Origin: a virus
Length of the DNA: 64,000 nt
IMG/VR virus record: IMGVR_UViG_3300007734_000749
Location: 2,650-66,649 of that record
Strand: one strand, 5' to 3'
This document shows positions 9,432 to 18,092 of this stretch, in pieces. Below the pieces are notes generated by a model. That model was not told the origin of the DNA. It saw nothing but the letters and a program-made list of their open reading frames with translations, and searched no databases. Position numbers and translations under genes: made by a program. Every line of letters begins with the position of its first letter. Position 1 is the stretch's first letter.

Positions 9432-9504
9432 TCTCTACTTCTGATCCTAGACAGGAAGAAGAAACATATTACTTTTATAGAAAAGAAATAAAAACAGTAA
9501 CAAT

Positions 9505-9777
9505 ATGATGGAGAATCAAATCGACAACCAATTCAGAACAACAACAGGTGACAAATTAGGATACTGTAATGGTTTCCAAATGACATTCACAAATGGAAAT
9601 ACCATAAGTGTTCAGTTTGGTAAAGCTAATTATTCAGACAAAGGAAAAACCACAGCTGAAGTAGCAGCATGGGATTCAAATGGAGAATGGATTCAACTAG
9701 GAGAACATGATGATGTTAAAGGATGGTGTTCACCTGAAGAAGTAGTAGAAATAATGAACAAAATAGCTAATAAATAA
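9505..9777 (+). CDS. early conserved phage protein
   Basis: FxNGxTISVQ...EVA...DVKGW pattern; behind promoter repeat. Confidence 0.7.
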   Translation: MMENQIDNQFRTTTGDKLGYCNGFQMTFTNGNTISVQFGKANYSDKGKTTAEVAAWDSNGEWIQLGEHDDVKGWCSPEEVVEIMNKIANK

Positions 9778-9790
9778 AAACAGATACACT

Positions 9791-9907
9791 ATGAAAAACT
9801 ATTGGTCAGAAGCAACTCCTAAACACGAAGGAAAGTATGTGATTGTAAATAATATTCCCCACAAGTGGGTGAACGGAAAATTAGTAGCGCTATCCAAAAA
9901 GGGATAG
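9791..9907 (+). CDS. small hypothetical protein (38 aa)
   Basis: MKNYWSEATPKHEGKYVIVNNIPHKWVNGKLVALSKKG. Confidence 0.45.
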   Translation: MKNYWSEATPKHEGKYVIVNNIPHKWVNGKLVALSKKG

Positions 9908-9977
9908 TCGCTACTTTTGGGCTTGGGTTTTAAAGCGAATCGTTGTATCTTTAGCTCACAATTAAAAAAACACACAC

Positions 9978-10409
9978 ATGAAGAAGATTACAGCAGCAAC
10001 TAAAATTAAGTCACTAACTTATGGTCAAATAGGACACATAACAGCTGATACAATGGGATGGTGCTTAGTTAATATGAAAAAACCAAAACGTAAGCGTTAT
10101 GGTCTAAACATGCCTAAACTTAGTGCATTTATCAGTAAACGTAAGAGCGTTAAGGAAATTCCATCCAACGATGCTCGTGGTGAGTATATGCCTTATACAA
10201 ACCAAATCATAGTTGTACCTAGCAATATCCAAACAGTGTGGGAATTGATTGAAACAGTTATTCACGAATATACTCATTCAACACAGGACCTAAAGCATTA
10301 TAATGAATGTAATGTTGTGTTTGGTTACTTCAATAACCCGTACGAGGTTGAAGCGCGTTATGAAGCAGCACTTAGAACTGATGATTGCTGTTTTGATATT
10401 TTGTCTTAA
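9978..10409 (+). CDS. putative zinc metallopeptidase
   Basis: HEYTH (HExxH) plus NPYEVEAR third-ligand motif. Confidence 0.7.
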   Translation: MKKITAATKIKSLTYGQIGHITADTMGWCLVNMKKPKRKRYGLNMPKLSAFISKRKSVKEIPSNDARGEYMPYTNQIIVVPSNIQTVWELIETVIHEYTHSTQDLKHYNECNVVFGYFNNPYEVEARYEAALRTDDCCFDILS

Positions 10410-10476
10410 CTTATGTGCTAGGGTAGCAAAGCGAATAATATTATCTTTATACAATAATTAATAAAAACACACACAT

Positions 10477-10656
10477 ATGAAAAACCGTTTAGCAATTCAC
10501 TTCACTTTTGTAGCGCTTATCTTAATGTCAGCTTATGTTGGTATCTTTTGTTATGGTTTGTTCCCAATTATGGTTATTTGGAGCATAGCTACTATTTCTA
10601 CTTGTTTAGCATCTATGATTGTAATTGAATTGGAACATATGAAATCTAATTCTTAA
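10477..10656 (+). CDS. small two-TM membrane protein (59 aa)
   Basis: MKNRLAIHFTFVALILMSAYVG...; behind promoter repeat. Confidence 0.55.
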   Translation: MKNRLAIHFTFVALILMSAYVGIFCYGLFPIMVIWSIATISTCLASMIVIELEHMKSNS

Positions 10657-10817
10657 TTTACGTGCTGGGATAGTAAAGCGAATGTTATTATCTTTACAGC
10701 ATAAGTTAAAAGCGCAAATAGCAATAATAAAAAAATCGTTATTTTGTGCTTAGGCGTTGAAATTAAAGTTTGTAAATTTATATCATAATTAAAAATAACA
10801 ATTTAATAATTACACAC

Positions 10818-11180
10818 ATGAAAAAGTCAGTTAAAAACACAAAAACAGTTGCAGTTGAAACAGTAGTAACCGTTCAATTGGGTCGTCCAGTTAATCCAAA
10901 CAGTGCACGTCAGCAAAAGCTAGCAGCAATTGCAGAACGTAAAGCAAGTGGTGTAGAAGTTAAGCGCGGTCGTCCAGTAGTTGCAGATAGCGATCGTCAA
11001 AAGCGTTTAGCTGAACAAGCACAACGTGCTGCTGCTAATGGTGGTGTTGCTCGTCGTGGACGTCCAGTTAGTGAAAATAGTGCGCGTCAGTTAAAGTTAG
11101 CAGCGCGTGAACAGTTGATTGCTAGCGGTGCTGAAATTAAGCGCGGTCGCCCTGCATTGCCTAAAATCGATGCGCAATAA
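10818..11180 (+). CDS. basic protein with four AT-hook-like (R/L)GRP repeats
   Basis: LGRPV, KRGRPV, RRGRPV, KRGRPA at ~28-aa spacing; two tandem promoter repeats upstream. Confidence 0.75.
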   Translation: MKKSVKNTKTVAVETVVTVQLGRPVNPNSARQQKLAAIAERKASGVEVKRGRPVVADSDRQKRLAEQAQRAAANGGVARRGRPVSENSARQLKLAAREQLIASGAEIKRGRPALPKIDAQ

Positions 11181-11204
11181 TTAAAATTGCATAGTGTATT
11201 TGTG

Positions 11205-11228
11205 AGTAGGTGCCTTAGGGCGCCTACT
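11205..11228 (+). terminator. hairpin ending the early region
   Basis: AGTAGGTGCC-ttag-GGCGCCTACT stem; weak T tail. Confidence 0.55.
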
Positions 11229-11421
11229 TGCATCTATGCACCCCTAGTTACTACTACTATGTTGATATATATATACCGTATACCGCATACTATATACATG
11301 GTATCGCATGTATCTACCACGTGCATTGCTGTCACTCGACGCGGCGTATTGTGGAAAAAAAAGTACGATGTAAAAATATATAGTATATAACTATACAAGC
11401 CGATGAGTATATACCTATATC

Positions 11422-11622
11422 CTATCTGAATAAGTTAATAATTTCCCCAATTACAACCAATCCAAGTACTATCAAAGCATAACCAAAACAAGCAGAAATT
11501 ATATGAAAAAGGAAATCAGCTGTTTCTTCTCCCCATGTAGGTTGAACCTCATATCGCGTTCTATAGTGTTGTATAGCGCGAAACAAACATACCCACATTA
11601 CAATTAGCGCAAATGTTCCCAT
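11422..11622 (-). CDS. small two-TM membrane protein
   Basis: Hydrophobic ORF; paralog of 11718..11885. Confidence 0.6.
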   Translation of the reverse strand: MGTFALIVMWVCLFRAIQHYRTRYEVQPTWGEETADFLFHIISACFGYALIVLGLVVIGEIINLFR

Positions 11623-11717
11623 TTTTAACTATAGGCATTTTGATAAAATTTCAAAGGGACGCAACTCGTAGCTACTAAAAATCTTTTGCGTCGACGCAAG
11701 GATATACTTATATAATA

Positions 11718-11885
11718 TTAGCTTAGTCCCAGTACTACAGCAAAACAAACATAAGCAGCCATAAAATGAAATCCAAAATTAATAACTTCAGTAGTTACAT
11801 TTGGTTTTTCCTTAGCCATATAGATGTGAATAATACGGCCCAATACTGTTGAAAACAACACGAACAACAAAACATACGTACTCAT
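11718..11885 (-). CDS. small two-TM membrane protein (55 aa)
   Basis: MSTYVLLFVLFSTVLGRIIH...EVINFGFHFMAAYVCFAVVLGLS shares E..xFxFH..A...LGL with 11422..11622. Confidence 0.6.
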   Translation of the reverse strand: MSTYVLLFVLFSTVLGRIIHIYMAKEKPNVTTEVINFGFHFMAAYVCFAVVLGLS

Positions 11886-11993
11886 AACCTTTATTTTTTG
11901 ATTTAACTTACGCCGTAAATATACGATGTAAATTTTAAAAAGACACGTTTTTTTAAAAAAACCTTTAATTTAAAGTATATACGTATGTTTGTA

Positions 11994-12022
11994 GAAAAAA
12001 TGGGAGGAGCAAACGCTCCTCC
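11994..12022 (-). terminator. Rho-independent terminator for 12047..12424
   Basis: GGAGGAGC-aaac-GCTCCTCC perfect stem; T run on minus strand. Confidence 0.8.
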
Positions 12023-12046
12023 ACATTTTGTTGAGACCTAAGTCGC

Positions 12047-12424
12047 TTATTTGTTGTTAGGTTTCCTATGCGACTTTTTAGAGGTCTTCTTAGGTGCGGG
12101 AGCAAGTGTTGGTGGGGTAGGATTAACACTGCTTGTTGGTTGAGGACTAGACGCACCGTTTTTCGATGGTACAACGTGTAATTGTGACCATTGTTTAAAT
12201 TGATCTGAGAGATTATTTACACGGGATGTTAACGATGTGTTTTTCAATCGTAGTTCTTCTATATCTAGTCGTAATGTAGAAATAAGTTTATTCAACGATT
12301 GTATATCCGTATTCTGGGTTTGGGTATAGTACTGAATGGCTTTAGTTAATTTTCTCCATTGAATAAATAAAACCACATCTGTTGCAAGTGCAATAATACA
12401 AAGTACTAAAAATAAAATTGTCAT
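12047..12424 (-). CDS. membrane-anchored coiled-coil protein
   Basis: N-terminal TM, heptad coil, Pro/Lys-rich tail. Confidence 0.7.
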   Translation of the reverse strand: MTILFLVLCIIALATDVVLFIQWRKLTKAIQYYTQTQNTDIQSLNKLISTLRLDIEELRLKNTSLTSRVNNLSDQFKQWSQLHVVPSKNGASSPQPTSSVNPTPPTLAPAPKKTSKKSHRKPNNK

Positions 12425-12545
12425 AATTCTGTTTTTTAAATTAAATTTATTGTGAATAATATAATATATACTGATATGAAATCACGTTATAGTGTAGAGG
12501 TTTTTAAAAAGTTTAATATTTATAATAAAATTAAATCTTTACATT

Positions 12546-13091
12546 ATGAAAAAATACACGGTTAGTGAATTAAAAAAGGAATTTAAGAATTTAGGTTATG
12601 AATTTCCTAAATTTCACATTGTAGGAATTAGATCTAAAGCTAATGTACCTAATGAATTTGACGATCTTATAGGTATTATAAATGGCGATAGTGTAAGTTG
12701 GTATACTGGTACTACTAATCCTGGTACTCATTGGTTGAAGAATTTAATGAACCCAAAAGGAACTGCTGTACTTAAACCAGGTCAGTATAAAGATTCATGG
12801 AAGATTGGATTACATCGTGGTCAATATAAAGCCCTAATACAGTGTAAATCAATTACAGTATTTCGTGATAATGATAAAGACGCTATTGCTGAAGAAACTG
12901 CTGTAACTGATACTGGTTTATTTGGTATTAATATTCATAGAGCTAATCCTAATTGGGCTAGTAAATTTATTGATAAATGGTCTGCAGGTTGTCAAGTATT
13001 AAATAACCCAAAAGAATTTGGTGCGTTTATAGCAACGTGTGAATCAGCCAATCAAAATTGTTTTACTTATACGTTATTAAAAGAGTTTTAA
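12546..13091 (+). CDS. putative endolysin with L,D-transpeptidase-like (YkuD-type) H...SxGC catalytic motif
   Basis: GINIHRA...WSAGCQV; heads a cluster of membrane genes; late motif upstream. Confidence 0.65.
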   Translation: MKKYTVSELKKEFKNLGYEFPKFHIVGIRSKANVPNEFDDLIGIINGDSVSWYTGTTNPGTHWLKNLMNPKGTAVLKPGQYKDSWKIGLHRGQYKALIQCKSITVFRDNDKDAIAEETAVTDTGLFGINIHRANPNWASKFIDKWSAGCQVLNNPKEFGAFIATCESANQNCFTYTLLKEF

Positions 13092-13093
13092 TT

Positions 13094-13369
13094 ATGGCTA
13101 ATAAAAATAAATACTGGATTAGTAAAATGCTTTCTGGTAACGATGATGTATCATCTAAAAGAGTTGCTGGTATGGTAATGTTAGTTAACATAGTTATATT
13201 TTGTTATATAGCTATATATGGAGAAACTATTTTACCTGAGTTTATGTTTGAAGCGGTATGTTTCTTAACTGGAGGTCTTTTAGGTATTACTGTGTTTGAA
13301 GGAATGTTTAAGAAAAATCCACCTACACCACCTAGTGAAGATAAACCTACTGATGAAACAACTCAATAA
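13094..13369 (+). CDS. putative holin (2 TM)
   Basis: SSKRV followed by two TM helices; directly after endolysin; ATG at 13094 preferred. Confidence 0.55.
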   Translation: MANKNKYWISKMLSGNDDVSSKRVAGMVMLVNIVIFCYIAIYGETILPEFMFEAVCFLTGGLLGITVFEGMFKKNPPTPPSEDKPTDETTQ

Positions 13370-13373
13370 TATA

Positions 13374-13784
13374 ATGAATTTTTTAAAAAATAATTGGTAT
13401 TATATAATAATGGCATTGATGCTTGTGGCTATTATTTTACTTTATAGAAAAATAAATGAATCTAAGCCTCTCCCACCTAAAGATAATACTATAGAACAAT
13501 TAAACGCTAGAGTAGATAGTCTATTACGTGTACGAGATAGTTTACAAATAGCATATAATGCCAAACAAGCAACAATTATTAATAATATAACTTATAAAAA
13601 TGTACAAGACGCTAAAGATATTTCTAATATCCCTAATCTTACTTTCAGCCAACGTGATAGTTTATGGGCAAAACATATTACCACAAAGGATAGTATACCG
13701 TGGGGATACTGGGATATTCTTAAACAAAAAACAGGAGGAAAATCTATTAAAGAGCTTGGCATACAAGGACCTGTACAAAAATAA
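13374..13784 (+). CDS. putative inner-membrane spanin-like protein
   Basis: N-terminal TM then coiled coil; lysis-cassette position. Confidence 0.5.
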   Translation: MNFLKNNWYYIIMALMLVAIILLYRKINESKPLPPKDNTIEQLNARVDSLLRVRDSLQIAYNAKQATIINNITYKNVQDAKDISNIPNLTFSQRDSLWAKHITTKDSIPWGYWDILKQKTGGKSIKELGIQGPVQK

Positions 13785-14055
13785 TCTAGATTCAATGTTT
13801 AGATTTTCTGAAAATTGTACTGAAGCTTTGATGTTGTCTCGTGATGCTTTTTTTGGTTTATATAAAAACTATAAAGAATTAGAGCAGGAAGCTATTTTAC
13901 AACGTGATCGTGCTAATAATGAAGAAAAATTAAAAAACGAAGCTATTGAAAAATATAATAAAGAAAATCTTCGTAAGAAACGTTGGCGACGTATAGCACT
14001 AGCTGAAGGGGCAGGAATAGGAGCTACTATATTGGTATTAGTTTTATTTTTATAA
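13600..14055 (+). CDS. putative spanin partner (signal peptide, coiled coil, C-terminal TM)
   Basis: Starts inside the upstream gene in another frame (185-nt overlap). Confidence 0.5.
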   Translation: MYKTLKIFLISLILLSANVIVYGQNILPQRIVYRGDTGIFLNKKQEENLLKSLAYKDLYKNNLDSMFRFSENCTEALMLSRDAFFGLYKNYKELEQEAILQRDRANNEEKLKNEAIEKYNKENLRKKRWRRIALAEGAGIGATILVLVLFL

Positions 14056-14082
14056 ATAACTATAAGGGGGTGTTCTTGATAA

Positions 14083-14436
14083 TTATCCTTTAATTACTTG
14101 CTTAGTACCTAGTACTTTATCAATACGTGAATCTATATACGAACGGCAATCAGCTATCTCTCTATAGATGTGCTCATTGTCCTGATCCATTCGTCTATTA
14201 AGAGCGGCATCACTTTCATCTATACGTCTATGAATCCAACTAGCACGATCATCTAATTCACGATGCGCATCAGCAAATCGTGCATGTAACTCACGTGGTG
14301 CTTCATCAAATTCTCGTTGGATTCGATCCAACCATTGTTGTTGTTTGTTAATCTTAACTATACCCCAAACCATTACGCTTATAATTGCTGCAGCGATGAT
14401 CGAGAGCATACCTAAAACAAAATACATTGTTTCCAT
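14083..14436 (-). CDS. membrane-anchored coiled-coil protein flanked by an inverted repeat
   Basis: N-terminal TM, amphipathic repeats; IR at 14057-14074 / 14468-14484. Confidence 0.75.
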   Translation of the reverse strand: METMYFVLGMLSIIAAAIISVMVWGIVKINKQQQWLDRIQREFDEAPRELHARFADAHRELDDRASWIHRRIDESDAALNRRMDQDNEHIYREIADCRSYIDSRIDKVLGTKQVIKG

Positions 14437-14481
14437 AATTTATTTCTCCTTTATTTTATTTGTAAAAAACACCCCCTATAG

Positions 14482-14670
14482 TTAATCTTGTAAATTACTA
14501 TATCTACAACATGAATTATAGTAATTAATTAAATCTTCTATAGTTAATTTTTCTTTATCTATTTGATTAGTAAATACTTCCCAAGTTTCTTTCTCAGCAG
14601 GATAGTTTATAGTTCCCTTACGTTTTTCCTGGATGATGAATTTAATGAATTCTTGTTTAAGGGAAGACAT
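14482..14670 (-). CDS. hypothetical protein
   Basis: ORF in minus-strand operon. Confidence 0.55.
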   Translation of the reverse strand: MSSLKQEFIKFIIQEKRKGTINYPAEKETWEVFTNQIDKEKLTIEDLINYYNSCCRYSNLQD

Positions 14671-14673
14671 GGT

Positions 14674-15213
14674 TTAAATTATTTCATCTATAACACTATA
14701 TTTTAGAGCTTCATTTACTCCAAAATACCAATCTGTTTTATTTTTCTTAACTTTATCTAATTGAGTACGTTTAAATGAAGTTTTAGATAAAACATATTCA
14801 TCATATATATCCATTAATCTATCACCTTCATCTAGATTTTCTTTTAAAGTAGATATTTTATCATAATGCATACTATCTAAACATTCATGATACATAAATG
14901 TAGTTAAAGAATGTCCGAATCTCTGGTGTCCTGAGAGAAGAATAGGTAACGCCATTGACATTACTGCTCCATATCCATATGTGTGAATAGGAGTAAGAGA
15001 ATTTTCTATAATACCTATTAAAGCAAACCCATCATACATTGATCCTCCTATACTATTAATAATTAATTTTATAGGTTGCCTCTCCTCGCTATCAGTATCT
15101 AATTCATTAATATATGAGATACATTGAATAGTTTTTTTTACAACAGTATCATCTATTTCCCCACTTAATACTATGTTTCTAAAAACTATATGGTCTTTAT
15201 TGATACTCTTCAT
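14674..15213 (-). CDS. clpP: ClpP-like serine protease
   Basis: IxLxINSxGG, YGAVMSMA (catalytic Ser), FMYHE, DWYFGVNEALKYSVIDEI. Confidence 0.85.
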   Translation of the reverse strand: MKSINKDHIVFRNIVLSGEIDDTVVKKTIQCISYINELDTDSEERQPIKLIINSIGGSMYDGFALIGIIENSLTPIHTYGYGAVMSMALPILLSGHQRFGHSLTTFMYHECLDSMHYDKISTLKENLDEGDRLMDIYDEYVLSKTSFKRTQLDKVKKNKTDWYFGVNEALKYSVIDEII

Positions 15214-15421
15214 GTTGTATTTCCTCCCATTCAGGTTCTTTTACAGTTTCACAAAATAAGAAATGTGATTCTGTTTTTAAAATATGATCCGCCTCTAAAT
15301 ATTCTTTCCATTCGTGAAGTAATTCTCTTATAAGTTGTCCCTCTTTATTAAAAAAATAACTAACAGGAATATCCCTTAATACCACATATACTTCTCCGTT
15401 ATAGAAATACAATCTCCTCAT
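15197..15421 (-). CDS. hypothetical protein
   Basis: ORF overlapping clpP start. Confidence 0.65.
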   Translation of the reverse strand: MRRLYFYNGEVYVVLRDIPVSYFFNKEGQLIRELLHEWKEYLEADHILKTESHFLFCETVKEPEWEEIQHEEYQ

Positions 15422-15553
15422 ACCCTTATTTATTCTAATTTTTTATCTCTCGTATTTCCAATGTAATAATATATATATTAAATTCCAAATTAAGTTTGGA
15501 AAATTTTTATTTTTTTTTTACATTTAATATATTCTTAATATCTATATATATTT

Positions 15554-15997
15554 ATGACGATGAATTTGGAAGAATTTTTTAATTTATTTAATAGTAGTTC
15601 TAAGGAAGATAATATAAGGCCATTTACTACTAAAGAAGACCCTACTGCACTTAATATTAAAATGTTTAAAGATTATGTTTTGATGTTTGATACTTTAAAA
15701 AAAGAACTCACCCCATTTCTATCACTTTTATCCCAGAATAATACAAAACAATTAGATCTTAATCCTTCTCCTTCTAGTTTTAATATTGCTTATAATTTTC
15801 TTAAAAAAGTTAATCTAGAAGATAAACAACATTATGATATTTTTTGTAAAAAGATAGATTCTAATTTTATAAAAGCATGTAATAAAACATTAAATCATTA
15901 TGTTGAAATTGAAGATTATGAAAAATGTGCTGTTTTAAAAAAGTTTATTGATGAAGGAACAAAACTTCTCAAAATGAACTTGTCTGAAGGGGAATAA
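15554..15997 (+). CDS. hypothetical protein with C-terminal UVR-like motif
   Basis: EDYEKCAVLK motif. Confidence 0.6.
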   Translation: MTMNLEEFFNLFNSSSKEDNIRPFTTKEDPTALNIKMFKDYVLMFDTLKKELTPFLSLLSQNNTKQLDLNPSPSSFNIAYNFLKKVNLEDKQHYDIFCKKIDSNFIKACNKTLNHYVEIEDYEKCAVLKKFIDEGTKLLKMNLSEGE

Positions 15998-16035
15998 TAA
16001 TATATATTAATTAATACTAATTAAAAATAAATAAA

Positions 16036-16236
16036 ATGAGAAACCGTGATTTAGTCTTTATGAAAATAGAGCGTTTAGAAGGTATTATGAAAACCTTAAA
16101 AGTTATGACTACCCGTCCTAATACTACTGTTGAAGATTTTCACTCCACAGTAAATGACGCTGAAGGTCTTTTAGAAGATTTAAAATCTATGATTGAAAGA
16201 GAGCCTATGGGCCCTAATGAAATTAATAGAGTTTAA
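16036..16236 (+). CDS. small hypothetical protein
   Basis: Helical ORF with A-rich leader. Confidence 0.65.
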   Translation: MRNRDLVFMKIERLEGIMKTLKVMTTRPNTTVEDFHSTVNDAEGLLEDLKSMIEREPMGPNEINRV

Positions 16237-16256
16237 TTTTTAAAATAATAAAAGTT

Positions 16257-17033
16257 ATGAAATTAACAGCAGAAGAAATCCAAAATAATTGGGTTAACCT
16301 AGAAGAAATTATTAAAACACTTATTAGTGAGCCCCGTCGCTCACAACTACTTGATTTTTACTCTCAATACTCAGAACGCATTATGATGATGCCTGCATCT
16401 CATAAAAAAGAATATCATAATGCTTTTCCTGGAGGGTATGTTGATCATGTATTACGAGTGATAGATTGTGCTCTTAAATTAAATGATGTGTGGATTGAAA
16501 TGGGAGTAGATGATTCTACTTATACTAAAGAAGAATTAATATTTGCTGCTTTAAATCATGACCTAGGTAAACTAGGAGATTCAGAACATGAATCATATAT
16601 TCCTCAAACTGATCAATGGCGTAAAGATAAACTTGGAGAAGATTATACTTTTAATAATAAACTTCCATTTTCATCAGTGCCTGACAGAGGATTATTTTTA
16701 CTCCAATCTCATGGGATTCAGTATTCGTTTAATGAAATGATTGCTATTCAAACACATGATGGTTTATATGATGAAGGTAATAAAAAATATTTAATGACTT
16801 GGGCACCGGAACAAAAACCTAGAACTGCTCTTCCATTTATTATTCATCAAGCAGATTTAATGGCTGCACGTATTGAGTTTGAAAAAGAATGGTTACCTAA
16901 ATTCAAAAATGGAATAGAAACTAAAAAAACAAATTTTGCTTTAAATAAAGAAGAGAAAAAAACTCCTATTAAAACTAAAGCATTAGGTACATTACAAAGT
17001 GAAGGATTAAAAAATATATTAAATAATTTATGA
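16257..17033 (+). CDS. HD-domain phosphohydrolase
   Basis: YHNAFPGGYVDHV, LNHDLGK, THDG, HQAD motifs. Confidence 0.85.
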   Translation: MKLTAEEIQNNWVNLEEIIKTLISEPRRSQLLDFYSQYSERIMMMPASHKKEYHNAFPGGYVDHVLRVIDCALKLNDVWIEMGVDDSTYTKEELIFAALNHDLGKLGDSEHESYIPQTDQWRKDKLGEDYTFNNKLPFSSVPDRGLFLLQSHGIQYSFNEMIAIQTHDGLYDEGNKKYLMTWAPEQKPRTALPFIIHQADLMAARIEFEKEWLPKFKNGIETKKTNFALNKEEKKTPIKTKALGTLQSEGLKNILNNL

Positions 17034-17299
17034 TTATAGCTATATCTATTTTAAGTTGTTTAGTTGTAATTTTAGGATATACAACTTATAATCTTCTAAT
17101 TAAAAATGAAAAAGCAGAAGATATTATAGTATCATATAAAGAATATGTTGATAAATTAAAACACCAAATAGATGTATCAGATAAACGTATTAAAGAAATA
17201 GATGCCAAAGGTATATTCACAAGTGATGATGAAATAGGATGGTTTTTTAAAGAAATTCAAACCCTTCAGGCACTATTAAACCAATTTAAAATGGATTAA
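17030..17299 (+). CDS. membrane-anchored hypothetical protein
   Basis: N-terminal TM; DDEIGWFF motif. Confidence 0.65.
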   Translation: MIIAISILSCLVVILGYTTYNLLIKNEKAEDIIVSYKEYVDKLKHQIDVSDKRIKEIDAKGIFTSDDEIGWFFKEIQTLQALLNQFKMD

Positions 17300-17306
17300 T
17301 TAAATT

Positions 17307-18065
17307 ATGGCTGAAGTAAAAAAGGGAAAAAATTATTTTACTCATGATACTGAGTTAGCAATATTAGAGTATAATAATTGTGAGGATTACCATGTAAAGA
17401 ATAAAATATATAATGAAAGAATACATTATGCTTTCTTTAAATTAACAGAAAATATAATTCATACTTTTAAATTTTATTATACTGAAGTAGATCATTTGGA
17501 GGATCTTCAACATGAAGTTATTACTTTCTTATTATCTAAAATGCATCTTTATAATCAAGATAAAGGAAAAGCATATTCTTATTTTGGTACTATTGCTAAG
17601 CGTTATCTTATAATTTCTAATACTAAAAACTATAAAAAACGAATAGATACTCTTTCATTAAGTGATATGGGAGATGGTGGTTTAGATAATGATGATTATA
17701 TAGATTATAATAAAACCTCAATTTATAATGAACCTATAGGAGATTTAACTGTTTCTTCTCCAGTTCTTACACCCCCAGACCAAGATGAATTATCTAAATT
17801 TATAGATTTATTTGTAGAATATTGTTCTAAAAATATATATGAATTATTCCCAAAAGAAACAGATGCTCAAATAGCAGATGCTATATTAGAATTATTTAGA
17901 AAACGAGATAGTTTAATTATTTTTAATAAAAAAGCTCTTTATATTTATATTAGAGAAATTATAGATATTAAAACTCCAAAAATAACTAAAATAGCAGTTT
18001 ATTTACATGAATTATTTAAAAATAAATATGCTTTTTATTTAGAAAACGGATATTTTGAGTCTTAA
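17307..18065 (+). CDS. phage sigma-like factor (probable late sigma, gp55-like)
   Basis: NYFT start, EDLQHE...KMHLYNQDKGKAYSYFGTIAKRYLI resembling sigma region 2. Confidence 0.7.
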   Translation: MAEVKKGKNYFTHDTELAILEYNNCEDYHVKNKIYNERIHYAFFKLTENIIHTFKFYYTEVDHLEDLQHEVITFLLSKMHLYNQDKGKAYSYFGTIAKRYLIISNTKNYKKRIDTLSLSDMGDGGLDNDDYIDYNKTSIYNEPIGDLTVSSPVLTPPDQDELSKFIDLFVEYCSKNIYELFPKETDAQIADAILELFRKRDSLIIFNKKALYIYIREIIDIKTPKITKIAVYLHELFKNKYAFYLENGYFES

Positions 18066-18092
18066 TTTTACCTATATTTATAAAGAAAAAAT

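Larger units (their letters stand above)
284..10795 (+). repeat. ~23 dispersed copies of a ~50-bp early-promoter repeat, consensus TTT(G/A)T(A/G)CC(G/T)AG-N19-TAnnTTTA(T/C)A(G/C)TATAATTAAAAA
   Basis: Copies start near 284, 459, 1112, 1946, 2460, 3527, 4035, 4524, 4766, 5359, 5688, 6097, 6562, 6974, 7660, 8006, 8299, 9150, 9438, 9915, 10410, 10656 and 10742; nearly all sit just upstream of an ATG. In the copies counted (291-322, 8305-8336) the (G/T)AG to TAnnTTTA spacing is 19 nt, as in Bacteroidota -33/-7 promoters. Confidence 0.85.

Noticed and set aside
284-10795. CRISPR array or integron attC interpretation of the early repeats
   Set aside because: Copies are degenerate, non-palindromic and separated mostly by whole genes of variable length; no cas or integrase gene is present
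284-10795. TATAAT in the repeat as a classical sigma70 -10 box
   Set aside because: No TTGACA-like -35 at 17 bp in the copy checked, and TATAAT is replaced in several copies (CATAAG, AAAAG) while TAnnTTTA is kept; not fully excluded without TSS data
11187-11390. 67-aa ORF after the AT-hook gene
   Set aside because: Non-ATG start, runs through a terminator hairpin and TA-rich tracts; likely non-coding
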